In this document: positions 40,348-49,487 of the stretch, one piece after another
How the letters are laid out: the number at the start of each line of letters is the position of its first letter
How positions within the stretch are numbered: the stretch's first letter is position 1
Source: a virus
Lineage: Duplodnaviria; Heunggongvirae; Uroviricota; Caudoviricetes
Strand: one strand, 5' to 3'
Length of the DNA stretch: 62,341 bases
Virus record (IMG/VR): IMGVR_UViG_3300042382_000594
Made by a program: the position numbers and the translations under genes
Notes under the pieces: generated by a model
Told to the model about the DNA's origin: nothing
What the model saw: only the letters and a program-made list of their open reading frames with translations
Databases searched by the model: none

Positions 40348-40620
40348 TTAAAATTCTCGGGGGATTTGAAATTTTCGATCGTGTAATGTATTTTGCGGAA
40401 TTGATTCTTTCATTCTTCCGATTACACCTTTCATAAAATCAGCAGGCGGTTTTTTAATTCCTAGTCTAACTGGGTCGCCGAAACTAGTTTTTGAACATTC
40501 AGAATCATAATATCTTTGAATATGAGGATTATCTTTAACATATTCTTCATATTCGGCAATCTTCATAATTTTCTCAAAGATTTCGCCAGTTTCAGTATTT
40601 TTTAATGGATAGATTGGCAC
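40348..40620 (-). CDS. FmdB-like zinc-ribbon-family regulatory protein (T4-like conserved)
   Basis: MPIYPLKNTETGEIFEKIM..EYEEY..DNPH; usual neighbour of phoH. Confidence 0.7.
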   Translation of the reverse strand: MPIYPLKNTETGEIFEKIMKIAEYEEYVKDNPHIQRYYDSECSKTSFGDPVRLGIKKPPADFMKGVIGRMKESIPQNTLHDRKFQIPREF

Positions 40621-40655
40621 AATTTAATTCCAATAGGGATAATATGATTATTTAT

Positions 40656-40997
40656 TTATGCAGCTTCTTTCGATGCAATCCATTCTTTATATTGATTAGT
40701 ACGTTTATCGACATTTCCTGTTGGTAGACGAGGTAAGTGTTCTGGATATGCATTAGCAGCATTAACCAATTCTTCAGTAAAAACGACATCCTTCTCAACA
40801 GAAAGTTTAACTGTAGGTTTAGCATACCTTTTTTTAAAATCAACAAATGACTCTAATACACTGATATGAGTATCATTATCAAAAAAGATAACTGTTTCTT
40901 TACCTCCAGAAGAAGGAACTGCATAAGCAATTTTCTCTGGATTTACTAAGATTTCCTCACCAAACTGATTTTTCGATTTAACTATAAACATAAACAA
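40656..40997 (-). CDS. hypothetical early protein with FlbD-like N-terminus
   Basis: EILVNPEKI....ETVIFF..THISVLES pattern; early promoter upstream. Confidence 0.5.
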   Translation of the reverse strand: MFMFIVKSKNQFGEEILVNPEKIAYAVPSSGGKETVIFFDNDTHISVLESFVDFKKRYAKPTVKLSVEKDVVFTEELVNAANAYPEHLPRLPTGNVDKRTNQYKEWIASKEAA

Positions 40998-41015
40998 ACT
41001 CCATTAAAAAATAAT

Positions 41016-41044
41016 ATTATACTATATACTAACAAATAAGTCAA
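41016..41044 (-). promoter_or_regulatory. early promoter TTGACT-N17-TATAAT
   Basis: consensus; divergent from 41061-41089. Confidence 0.85.
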
Positions 41045-41060
41045 GCAAAAGAAAAAATGC

Positions 41061-41089
41061 TTGACTAAATAAACTTTATAGAATACACT
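41061..41089 (+). promoter_or_regulatory. early promoter TTGACT-N17-TACACT
   Basis: same gcTTGAC context as the other promoters; points into a non-coding region. Confidence 0.7.
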
Positions 41090-41095
41090 ATGTAA

Positions 41096-41655
41096 AGTTG
41101 GCTCCGAACCCAACGTCACAGTTATACCCTACAATTTATTAGCAAAAAGTGAGATAGCAACTCACCTTACCGGAGAAACCCTTATCTCCAGTAGGTCTGA
41201 AAAGATAAAATCTATATGTGACTAGATTATTATCGTTCCTGAGATGAGGCAGACAAACCCTAATAAGGTTAAAAGTATATATTCGAATACTTTTCGGCAA
41301 CTGGATAATCGGTGTCGTTATCATTAGTCTAGGGTTGGTCCCTTTGTCTGTTGTTTATGCGTCCTATGTTGATTTTAGCCACAACACTTCTTCAGCCAAT
41401 CAGAGCATAAATAATCGGCGGACTATCTTTAACAGGATAGTTTCTAGTTGTAATAGTTTTTGTAGCTGACACCCGCACCAGTTGCAGTTTTTCTTTAAAA
41501 CCTAAGTGTATATATTCATATACATGAACGGGGGGGTCAAAGAAAATTCAATCTAAGAAAAACTGGATCTTGATTCCGAAGGAATCGATCGAGCGAAGCG
41601 AAGATTATATTAGTATCAAATTAAATGTTCGCTTCGCTCACATTGCTTCGCTTTA
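41096..41655 (+). ncRNA. candidate large structured non-coding RNA, unclassified
   Basis: no credible ORF; promoter directly upstream; more than 10 helices visible by eye. Confidence 0.5.
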
Positions 41656-41676
41656 TTAATGTTGTTAAATAAATGC

Positions 41677-41705
41677 TTGACGAAAACAAAAATTCAAGTT
41701 ACAAT
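41677..41705 (+). promoter_or_regulatory. early promoter TTGACG-N17-TACAAT
   Basis: consensus upstream of 41801. Confidence 0.8.
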
Positions 41706-41800
41706 AAATAAAAATGTAGAAACAAATCTCCCCCTTCGGGAAATTAACCATATGGAATCAGTAATTGATTCTAACAGTAACTTTAAATGAAAATTAATTT

Positions 41801-42229
41801 ATGATTAAGAACGTACATGAAATTCTAGATGAATTTAATCTAGCAGTAAACAAACAACAAAGAGTAGAAATTCTTCAACAGAATAATCTTTATCATTTTA
41901 AAGAAGTATTAAAATATACATTTAATCCAAACTATCAATTCTATGTTGAAGATAATTTTCCAACAGATTATATCGAACCAGATACTCTATTAGGAATTAG
42001 ATATGCTGGAATTGAATCAGAAATCCGTCGAGCCTATTTGTTCGTCAAAGGAGATCCAACTGCTGATTCATTAACAGATGATAAACGTAATCTTCTTTTG
42101 TTACAATTACTAGAATCTTTTGAGCCTAAAGAGGCTAAGATTTTCTTTAACATGTTACACAAAGACTTGAAGGTTAAAGGCTTAACAACAGATTTAGTTC
42201 GTGAAGTATATCCAGAACTTTTAAATTAA
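41801..42229 (+). CDS. conserved T4-like hypothetical protein (DUF6433-like)
   Basis: VHEIL...LKYTFNP...KRNLLLLQLLESFEPKEA...KDLKVKGLT..LVREVYPELL. Confidence 0.7.
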   Translation: MIKNVHEILDEFNLAVNKQQRVEILQQNNLYHFKEVLKYTFNPNYQFYVEDNFPTDYIEPDTLLGIRYAGIESEIRRAYLFVKGDPTADSLTDDKRNLLLLQLLESFEPKEAKIFFNMLHKDLKVKGLTTDLVREVYPELLN

Positions 42230-42250
42230 ACTTAGTAAATAGTACAACAG

Positions 42251-42418
42251 ATGAAAAAGCACAGCAATATTCTTATGGAAGATTATACCGATTTCCAGCC
42301 TAGAAAAACCAAACAGATTAAGAAATTCAAAACGAATCAAGTTTCGTTTTCTGAGTTAGAGTATGACGATTTTCAACCAACAAAGAAGAAAAAGAATGTC
42401 AATTTTAAACAGTATTAA
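42251..42418 (+). CDS. small basic hypothetical protein
   Basis: 55-aa ORF read manually (MKKHSNIL...); closely packed. Confidence 0.4.
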   Translation: MKKHSNILMEDYTDFQPRKTKQIKKFKTNQVSFSELEYDDFQPTKKKKNVNFKQY

Positions 42419-42563
42419 AGACGTATATAACAGTATCCCTAAACAAGAACCTGTTAAACAAATTGTAACCCCGATGGATCCAGAATTATTGGGCAAAACT
42501 TTGGACCATCTTAACCAACAGCCTCAAATTGCCCCAAATATTACTAGGAAACCAGAAAAATGA
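42396..42563 (+). CDS. small hypothetical protein (MSILNSIKD...)
   Basis: ORF track 42363-42563; the internal ATG fits gene packing better. Confidence 0.45.
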   Translation: MSILNSIKDVYNSIPKQEPVKQIVTPMDPELLGKTLDHLNQQPQIAPNITRKPEK

Positions 42564-42736
42564 ACTTAAAAAATCTGATATTCCGTCAACACTATCTGAT
42601 GGAATTGAGTTACTCATCAAGTAACAAAGCTAAACAAGCTTCAAAAGAGCAAGTAGTAACTTCTAAAACTTTATACCCCGAAGATTTCGCTGAAGCGATG
42701 TTCGGTATTTTCACTGAAAAAGATCTCAAAATTTAA
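42560..42736 (+). CDS. small hypothetical protein (MNLKNLIFRQHY...)
   Basis: 58-aa ORF with an ATGA-type overlap. Confidence 0.45.
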   Translation: MNLKNLIFRQHYLMELSYSSSNKAKQASKEQVVTSKTLYPEDFAEAMFGIFTEKDLKI

Positions 42737-42752
42737 TCTAGGAATTTATATC

Positions 42753-43010
42753 ATGACACAAATCGATAAAGATACATTAAAAGCTAACTTACAAAATGGA
42801 ACTGGAACTATTGTCTTTACAAAAGCTGATGGTTCAGAAAGAACAATGAAATGCACTTTAAAATCAGATTTATTGCCTGTTGTAGAGATTAAAGAAGGGG
42901 CGAAAGTTAAAGTAGAAAATCCCGAAGTATTATCCGTGTGGGACTTAGAAAATTTAGGATGGCGTTCATTTAGACTTGATTCAATTATTTCTGCTAATGT
43001 AACTTTATAA
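42753..43010 (+). CDS. SH3-fold WYL_2/DUF2693-like protein
   Basis: IVFTKADGSERTMKCTL...VWDLENLGWRSFRLDSI. Confidence 0.85.
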   Translation: MTQIDKDTLKANLQNGTGTIVFTKADGSERTMKCTLKSDLLPVVEIKEGAKVKVENPEVLSVWDLENLGWRSFRLDSIISANVTL

Positions 43011-43019
43011 AGAATTGAT

Positions 43020-43038
43020 GGGGGAGTTTTGCTCCCCC
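43020..43038. terminator. intrinsic terminator between convergent genes
   Basis: gggggag-ttttg-ctccccc. Confidence 0.7.
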
Positions 43039-43044
43039 AAATTT

Positions 43045-44763
43045 TTAAGGTCTTCTAGTAAGCTCTCGTTTAGCAGCCATGCTAACATCTTTATGTTTAT
43101 CGTTTGCTAATATATTAAGATGTTCTTTGGTTGCATTTGGATTGTTTGCGGCAGCTTGTCTAACATATGGAGACTTGTCTTTAATTAATTTATCTAAATG
43201 TTCTTTGTGTGGAGTGTTATCTGCTGCAGCAATTTTAACCATTGCCTCTTTATCGTTAATTAATTTATCAAAATGATCTTTATCTGTAGCTTTATTTTTT
43301 GCAACAGCTAGCCTAACATTACTACTTTTGTCTCCAGCTAAATGGTCTAAATGATCTTTCTGTGTAGTATTTCTTGCAACATTTAATCTTACAAAATCAT
43401 CTGGATCATTAATAAATTTACCTAATTTTTCGTTATGGTTTTTATTGGTATGAACTATATTGGCTCTAATATTAGGGCTTTCATCAGAATTTAATTTATC
43501 TATATGTTCTTTATGCGGCGAATTTACTAAAACTGCTTTTCTAACGTGTTCAGATTTATCGTTAACAAGTTTATCAAAATGTTCTTTAGTTGTATTCGGA
43601 TTATTTGCTACAGCTGCTCTAACTTTGTGGTCTTTATCGTTAACAAGTTTATCTAGATATTTTTTATGCGATGTATTTTCTGCTACAGCTGTTCTAACGT
43701 CTTCATTTTCGTCATTACTAAGTTTATCAAGATGCTCTTTAGTTGCATTTGGATTAGTTGCAACGCTTGCTCTAATTTTTGGATCTTTATGCGTAATTGC
43801 ATATTTATCTATATGTTCTTTATGTGGGGAATTTTTAAAAACTGTGTTTCTAACATGCTCGCTTTCGTCTTCGATAAGTTTATCAAGATGCTCTTTAGTT
43901 GCAGATTTATTGGCTGCAACACCTGCTCTAATATCTTCATCTTTATCATTAATTAATTTATCTAAATGTTCTTTACTATTTGTAGGGTCTGAAGCTTTTT
44001 GTACTTTATAGTGTCTAGAATTTTTGATAGCAGGAATTTTTTCTAATTCAGGGTTTCTGTGTATTAAATTATGGAAATCTTCGCCTTTAATTGTTTTATT
44101 ATTTTCATCTTGAAATTGTCCTTCTACTCCAACGCCACCAATTCTTCTATGGGGAAATTGTTCTTTATGCATATGTAAAATATGAAAATTACCTCTAGAT
44201 TTTTCGTTATAATGTTGAAACATATTTTTACTTCGATCTGTGATGGAAGTACACCAGCCTAATTTTTCTCCATTATCTTTTTTGCCTAATTCCTGAGCTG
44301 CTTCTGTTGTATGAACGTGATATGCAGTAAGATTAGGGCTATTGTGCACAACAGTAGAACCATTTACAACTTTAGAATTATTAATAGCTTTTACTTCCTC
44401 ATCTTTTTCTTTATGTGGATGCATAGCCGTTTTTAATTCTGAAACTGATTTATATTGTTCTATTCTTTTCTTAGGTAATTTTGATTTGTATTTCTCAAAA
44501 TTCTTTACTGTATCGTGCATATCATGAGCATCTTCTTGCTTTATCTCGCCTTTTTTATATTGGTCCATCATCCAACGAGTATGTTGGACATTACCGCCTG
44601 GAGTATGTTTATGAAAATGGTCAATAATATCAGCTGCAGATTTATGTTGTGCATCTGGATCGTGTTTAGTTGAGATATTTGTTTCTTGTGCTTTATAATC
44701 ATCGATTTTAGATTCGTTCATTAAAAAACGTTCGATCATTAAAAAATGTTTAAATCTTAACAT
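43045..44763 (-). CDS. His-rich protein: conserved N-terminal domain (GWCT...NMF..Y, PcfJ-like) plus ~12 HEAT/LRV-like repeats
   Basis: KEHLDKLxNDKxxxVRxAVAxN units; starts MLRFKHFLMIE. Confidence 0.75.
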   Translation of the reverse strand: MLRFKHFLMIERFLMNESKIDDYKAQETNISTKHDPDAQHKSAADIIDHFHKHTPGGNVQHTRWMMDQYKKGEIKQEDAHDMHDTVKNFEKYKSKLPKKRIEQYKSVSELKTAMHPHKEKDEEVKAINNSKVVNGSTVVHNSPNLTAYHVHTTEAAQELGKKDNGEKLGWCTSITDRSKNMFQHYNEKSRGNFHILHMHKEQFPHRRIGGVGVEGQFQDENNKTIKGEDFHNLIHRNPELEKIPAIKNSRHYKVQKASDPTNSKEHLDKLINDKDEDIRAGVAANKSATKEHLDKLIEDESEHVRNTVFKNSPHKEHIDKYAITHKDPKIRASVATNPNATKEHLDKLSNDENEDVRTAVAENTSHKKYLDKLVNDKDHKVRAAVANNPNTTKEHFDKLVNDKSEHVRKAVLVNSPHKEHIDKLNSDESPNIRANIVHTNKNHNEKLGKFINDPDDFVRLNVARNTTQKDHLDHLAGDKSSNVRLAVAKNKATDKDHFDKLINDKEAMVKIAAADNTPHKEHLDKLIKDKSPYVRQAAANNPNATKEHLNILANDKHKDVSMAAKRELTRRP

Positions 44764-44787
44764 ATAAGGGAATCCTATAAATAATGC

Positions 44788-44816
44788 TTGACTAATTTAA
44801 AAAAATATTATATAAT
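44788..44816 (+). promoter_or_regulatory. early promoter TTGACT-N17-TATAAT for topoisomerase
   Basis: consensus. Confidence 0.85.
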
Positions 44817-44823
44817 ATTTATA
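44816..44823 (-). promoter_or_regulatory. late promoter TATAAATA for 43045-44763
   Basis: exact consensus overlapping the early -10 box. Confidence 0.7.
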
Positions 44824-44846
44824 CCATAAACTTTTAACAGTATTTT

Positions 44847-46715
44847 ATGACAAAACACATTCAACAAACTTATCAAGTTCTTGACGAGATTGAACACATT
44901 AGAAAACGAACTGGCATGTATTGCGGTTCTACTTCTGTTCAAACAAGTCAAGAATGGGTGCTAAACAACACCACAAAGAAAATGGAAAAGCGAGATATTT
45001 CTTATATCCCAGCTTTTATTAAAATCTTTTCTGAAATTCTCGATAATTCAATTGATGAAGGAAAAAGAGCACCGGATACATTAACTCAAATTAAAGTCGA
45101 TATAACTTTTGATGAAATTTCCGTTCAAGATGATGGTAGAGGTATCCCAGTAGTTCTTCATGAACAAACAGGAACTTATATCGCTGAAACTGTATTTTCT
45201 AACCTACGAGCTGGTTCTAATTTTAACGATAATGAAGACCAATCGCTAATTGGAACTAATGGTGTTGGTTCGACGTTGACAAATGTTTTATCAACAAATT
45301 TTAAGATTGAATCTTGTGATGGTAAGAAAAAACTAACGCAAGATTTCTGGAATGGTATGCGCGAGCGTTCCGAGCCTATAATTAAAGATTTTACTAAAAA
45401 TGGAACTAAAATTACGTTTACTCCAGATTATGAATTTTTTAAACTAAGTGGGTTAGATGCAGACCATATTCTACGAATTCAGAAAAAAGTAATAGATGCA
45501 GCTGCGAATAACTTAAACATTAAATTTTATTTTAATGGGGAATTAATTAGATTTAGATCTTTTGACGATTATGTTGCATTATATTCAGATAATTACTTTA
45601 CCGATAATAGTAAAGATTGGAATGTTGGCATTACCGATTCTGATGGATTTGAGCAAATTTCTTTTATTAACTCAGTAGAAACCTATCAGGGTGGAACTCA
45701 TGTTAATTATGTTGTTGATCAAGTAACAAATAAGTTACGCGAACATTTTAAAAAGAAACATAAAGTTGATGTAAAACCATCTGATATTAAAAATCATTTT
45801 AGAATTTTTATTGCAGGAACTGTTAACCGCCCTAGATTTTCCAGTCAAACTAAAGAAAATATGATTAGTCCTGCATCTGAATGGAAAACTTCATGGACTG
45901 TTAGCGATAAATTTATTAAAGGTTTATTAAAATCTGATATTATTCAGTCTATTTTAGACTGGGTTCAAGCTAAAGAAAAAGCATCTGAATTAGCTGAATT
46001 GCGTAAAGCTAATAAGAACTTAGATAAAGCCGATCCAAGAAGAGTTGATAAATTCCATGATGCTTCTACTAAACAACGTAGTGATGCTATGTTATTCTTA
46101 GCAGAAGGAGATTCAGCTTTATCTGGTTTATTATCAGGTAGAGATCCAAAGACAATGGCTGCATTTCCGCTACGTGGCAAACCCATAAATGTAATGCCAA
46201 TGGAATTAAAAGATATTCTTGAAAATAGAGAGTTTAAAAATATTATGACAATTACTGGGCTTCAGTTTGGGGTTAAGGTAAATTCTATTGAAGATATTCG
46301 ATTTGGTAAAATTGTATTATCAACAGACCAAGATTTAGATGGATTTGGTATTCGTGGACTATTGTTAAATGCTTTTTATAAATTTTGGCCAGAATTATTT
46401 TCCTTGGGTATTATCCATATTTTAAATACACCAATTGTCAAGGTTAAGTATAAAAAAGATACATTATCTTTTCATGATTTGACATTATTTGAGAAATGGA
46501 AAGAAAAACATGTTAACGAAAAATATGAGTCAAAATATTACAAAGGATTAGGAACTAGTTCTAGTAAAGAGTGGAAAGAGTATCTAACGGATTTATCTGG
46601 TAATTTGGAAAAAGTTGTTAGTGAAATTGGTGATGTAGATATTTTTACATTACAATTTTCTAAAGATACTGGTAGCGCTGATAAAAGAAAACAATGGTTG
46701 AATATTGAAGGATAA
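44847..46715 (+). CDS. gp39: type II DNA topoisomerase large subunit (gp39 and gp60 in one ORF)
   Basis: EHIRKRTGMY; EILDNSIDE; GTNGVG; EGDSA; PLRGK; DQDLDG; YYKGLG. Confidence 0.97.
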   Translation: MTKHIQQTYQVLDEIEHIRKRTGMYCGSTSVQTSQEWVLNNTTKKMEKRDISYIPAFIKIFSEILDNSIDEGKRAPDTLTQIKVDITFDEISVQDDGRGIPVVLHEQTGTYIAETVFSNLRAGSNFNDNEDQSLIGTNGVGSTLTNVLSTNFKIESCDGKKKLTQDFWNGMRERSEPIIKDFTKNGTKITFTPDYEFFKLSGLDADHILRIQKKVIDAAANNLNIKFYFNGELIRFRSFDDYVALYSDNYFTDNSKDWNVGITDSDGFEQISFINSVETYQGGTHVNYVVDQVTNKLREHFKKKHKVDVKPSDIKNHFRIFIAGTVNRPRFSSQTKENMISPASEWKTSWTVSDKFIKGLLKSDIIQSILDWVQAKEKASELAELRKANKNLDKADPRRVDKFHDASTKQRSDAMLFLAEGDSALSGLLSGRDPKTMAAFPLRGKPINVMPMELKDILENREFKNIMTITGLQFGVKVNSIEDIRFGKIVLSTDQDLDGFGIRGLLLNAFYKFWPELFSLGIIHILNTPIVKVKYKKDTLSFHDLTLFEKWKEKHVNEKYESKYYKGLGTSSSKEWKEYLTDLSGNLEKVVSEIGDVDIFTLQFSKDTGSADKRKQWLNIEG

Positions 46716-46717
46716 TT

Positions 46718-48022
46718 ATGAAAGAAATTACAATTGAAAGATTATTTCAGGAACAATACAAACCATATGCCAATTATGATAACGAACGGTCAATCGTTAA
46801 TTTAATTGATGGATTAAAGATTACTCAAAGAAAAGTTCTTTATACATGTTTATTAAAGAATGTTAATTCTGAAATGAAAGTTGCGCAATTAGCATCTTCT
46901 GTTGCTTATGAAACACAATATCATCATGGAGAACAAGGAATAGCTGGGGTTATTTGTAATCTAGCTCAAGACTTTACTGGATCCAATAACTTAAACTGGT
47001 TAGATCCCATTGGTCAGTTTGGTTCAAGATTATCACCTGTTCCTGCAGCTGCTCGATATATTTTTACTAAATTATCGAAAAATTTTAGATTATATTTTCG
47101 TAAAGAAGATGATATTATCTTAGAACATTTATTCGAGGATGACTTTAAAATAGAGCCTAATTTTTTCGTTCCAATCCTCCCTGGAGTGCTTTTAAACAAC
47201 TCGCTAGGAATAGGTACGGGTTTTGCTTCTACGATCCTCTCAAGAGATCCAAAGGAACTTGCAAAGTATATTAAAGCTAAACTCTCTGGAAGTTCAAAGA
47301 AATTTCAATTATTACCACATTTTCGCGGATTTAAAGGTAGCGTAACTCGACTTGATAATAAGTATCAAATCAAGGGTTCTATCTCTAGAATTAATGCTAC
47401 ACAGGTAAAGATTACTGAATTACCAGTAGGAATGTATCTTGATGATATTAAGAAACAGCTTAATAAATTAGTAGAGAATAATTCTATTAAAGATTATGAA
47501 GATAATTCAACGGAAGAAGGGTTTGATATTGATATATTTTATCAACGCGGAATTCTTAATTCAATGGAGGATGATACTATTCTTGAGAAATTAAAATTAG
47601 TTACAACAGTAACAGAGAATTTAACCTGTTGGTTGCCTACTGGTAAATTAAGAAAGTTTGGATCGGTTAATGAAATTATTGATTATTTTATCGATTGGCG
47701 TTTAGGTAAATATACAGATAGAATCAATAAATTAATTGAAATCCTTGATAATGATATTATTGATTTAAATGAACGAGTAAGATTTATCTATTTTTATCTA
47801 GGTAATGTTAATAAATTTAAAAATGCTTCTAAGATTGAATTATTTAGTATTTTAGAAGAAAACAATTTTGACAGTAAATTATTAGATATGAAAATTTGGA
47901 ATTTAACTGGCGATAGAATTATCGAGTTAGAGCAAAAGGTTAAATCTTTGGTTGAGCAAAAGGTTGAGTTGCAAGAAACAACAAATATTGTATTATACGC
48001 AAAAGAATTGGAGCAAATATGA
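46718..48022 (+). CDS. gp52: type II DNA topoisomerase medium subunit
   Basis: IDGLKITQRK; YHHGE; GQFGSR...AARYI; GIGTGF. Confidence 0.97.
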   Translation: MKEITIERLFQEQYKPYANYDNERSIVNLIDGLKITQRKVLYTCLLKNVNSEMKVAQLASSVAYETQYHHGEQGIAGVICNLAQDFTGSNNLNWLDPIGQFGSRLSPVPAAARYIFTKLSKNFRLYFRKEDDIILEHLFEDDFKIEPNFFVPILPGVLLNNSLGIGTGFASTILSRDPKELAKYIKAKLSGSSKKFQLLPHFRGFKGSVTRLDNKYQIKGSISRINATQVKITELPVGMYLDDIKKQLNKLVENNSIKDYEDNSTEEGFDIDIFYQRGILNSMEDDTILEKLKLVTTVTENLTCWLPTGKLRKFGSVNEIIDYFIDWRLGKYTDRINKLIEILDNDIIDLNERVRFIYFYLGNVNKFKNASKIELFSILEENNFDSKLLDMKIWNLTGDRIIELEQKVKSLVEQKVELQETTNIVLYAKELEQI

Positions 48023-48204
48023 GTGTAAATTTAACGCCAAAAGAGATGTCAGAATTACAGGGTAGATTTTCTACCGTGATGATTAATGAAACTATTAGTA
48101 ATGATACTATTGTTTGTACTTTATCTACGGGTAAGGTGGTAAACGGAGTAGTTACTGAGAACGGAGTTCAAATTAAATCTGTTTCTGAATTATTATTCGG
48201 GTAA
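48019..48204 (+). CDS. small hypothetical protein
   Basis: ATGA overlap with gp52, followed by a terminator. Confidence 0.55.
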   Translation: MSVNLTPKEMSELQGRFSTVMINETISNDTIVCTLSTGKVVNGVVTENGVQIKSVSELLFG

Positions 48205-48209
48205 ATAAA

Positions 48210-48233
48210 AAATGGGAGCTTTCGCTCCCATTT
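48210..48233. terminator. bidirectional terminator
   Basis: aaatgggagc-tttc-gctcccattt. Confidence 0.85.
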
Positions 48234-48236
48234 CCT

Positions 48237-49424
48237 TTATTGCATTTTGGCTAATCTTTCTTTGGCAATCGAACTTACAGTTTGCGCGTCATCATTTGCT
48301 AAATGTTGTAAATGTTGTTTGGTAGCTAAAGGGTGAGCAGCAACAACTTTTCTTACTAATGAGTGCGGGTCTTTTATAGCTTTATCTAGATGTTTTGTGG
48401 TTACAGTTTTAGGTCGAGTTAATGCAAGTTCCCGTGTAGTTACGCTTCTATTGTCAGTATTATTTAATACTTTATCAATATGATCAGAATTTATTTTTGG
48501 ATGCGTTATTGCATTATTTTTTATATTCCCTATTTTATCATCTAATGCTGTATGTAAATGGTCTTCATCAACATTAGGATGTTTTATTGCTTTATTTCTT
48601 ACTTCCCAATTTTCGGAATGTAATCCATCATGAATATCTTTTTTAGATGCTGTTGGTGAGTCTAATTTTTTATTTGAGATATGATCATCGTATGCTCTTT
48701 TAACTGGGGCAATTTTCTTTACGTCTGGATTTCTATGAACAAAGTCTTCTAATCTATCGCCTTCAATTGTTTTATTATTTTCATCTTGAAATTGTCCTTC
48801 TACTCCAACGCCACCAATTCTTCTATATGGAAATTGTTCTTTATGCATATGTAGGATATGGAAATTACCTTCAGACTCGTCATTATAATGATTAAACATA
48901 TTTTGATTTGCATCTGGATGAGAAGTACACCAACCCAATTTCTCGCCTTTTGGTGATTTACCTAATTCCTGAGCTGCTTCTGTTTTATGCACGTGATAAG
49001 CCGTAGCATTTGGACTATTATGAATAACAGTTGAACCTTTATTAATTTTATCTTGATTTACAGCTTTTACTTGTTCATCTTGTTCTTTATGCGGATGAAT
49101 AGCTGTTTTTAATTCCGAAACAGATTTATATTGTTCAACTTTTTTCTTCGGAAGATTATGTTTGTATTTTTCAAAATTAGTCAACGTATCTTTCATATCA
49201 GGAGCATCTTCTTGTTTCATTTCGCCTTTTTTATATCGATCAATCATCCAACGAGTATGTTGGACATTGCCATTAGGAGTATGTTTATGGAAGTGATCGA
49301 TAATATCCGCAGCAGATTTATGTTTTCCTTCTAAATCATGTTGAGTAGAAATATCTTTTTCTTGAGCTTTATAGTCGTCTATCTTAGCTTCAAGTAAAGA
49401 AATGAAATGTTTAAATCTTATCAT
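48237..49424 (-). CDS. paralogue of 43045-44763 with ~5 HEAT/LRV-like repeats
   Basis: near-identical N-terminal ~250 aa; starts MIRFKHFISLLEA. Confidence 0.75.
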   Translation of the reverse strand: MIRFKHFISLLEAKIDDYKAQEKDISTQHDLEGKHKSAADIIDHFHKHTPNGNVQHTRWMIDRYKKGEMKQEDAPDMKDTLTNFEKYKHNLPKKKVEQYKSVSELKTAIHPHKEQDEQVKAVNQDKINKGSTVIHNSPNATAYHVHKTEAAQELGKSPKGEKLGWCTSHPDANQNMFNHYNDESEGNFHILHMHKEQFPYRRIGGVGVEGQFQDENNKTIEGDRLEDFVHRNPDVKKIAPVKRAYDDHISNKKLDSPTASKKDIHDGLHSENWEVRNKAIKHPNVDEDHLHTALDDKIGNIKNNAITHPKINSDHIDKVLNNTDNRSVTTRELALTRPKTVTTKHLDKAIKDPHSLVRKVVAAHPLATKQHLQHLANDDAQTVSSIAKERLAKMQ

Positions 49425-49446
49425 ATGGAGATCCTAGAAATAATGC

Positions 49447-49475
49447 TTGACTTTTTAATATATGTATGGTATAAT
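49447..49475 (+). promoter_or_regulatory. early promoter TTGACT-N17-TATAAT, pointing antisense into the GIY-YIG gene
   Basis: consensus. Confidence 0.75.
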
Positions 49476-49476
49476 A

Positions 49477-49484
49477 TATTTATA
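49477..49484 (-). promoter_or_regulatory. late promoter TATAAATA for 48237-49424
   Basis: exact consensus. Confidence 0.7.
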
Positions 49485-49487
49485 AAT

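Noticed and set aside
41238-41262. Hammerhead-like core CTGAGATGAG
   Set aside because: It lacks a correctly placed GAAA after stem II and the flanking stems do not fit.
41139-41324. 61-aa minus-strand ORF in the structured region
   Set aside because: No RBS, atypical composition, and it opposes the promoter; the structure is better explained as RNA or DNA folding.
44847-46715. T4 gene-60-type 50-nt translational bypass in topoisomerase
   Set aside because: The gp39 and gp60 regions form one uninterrupted ORF; no coding gap is present.
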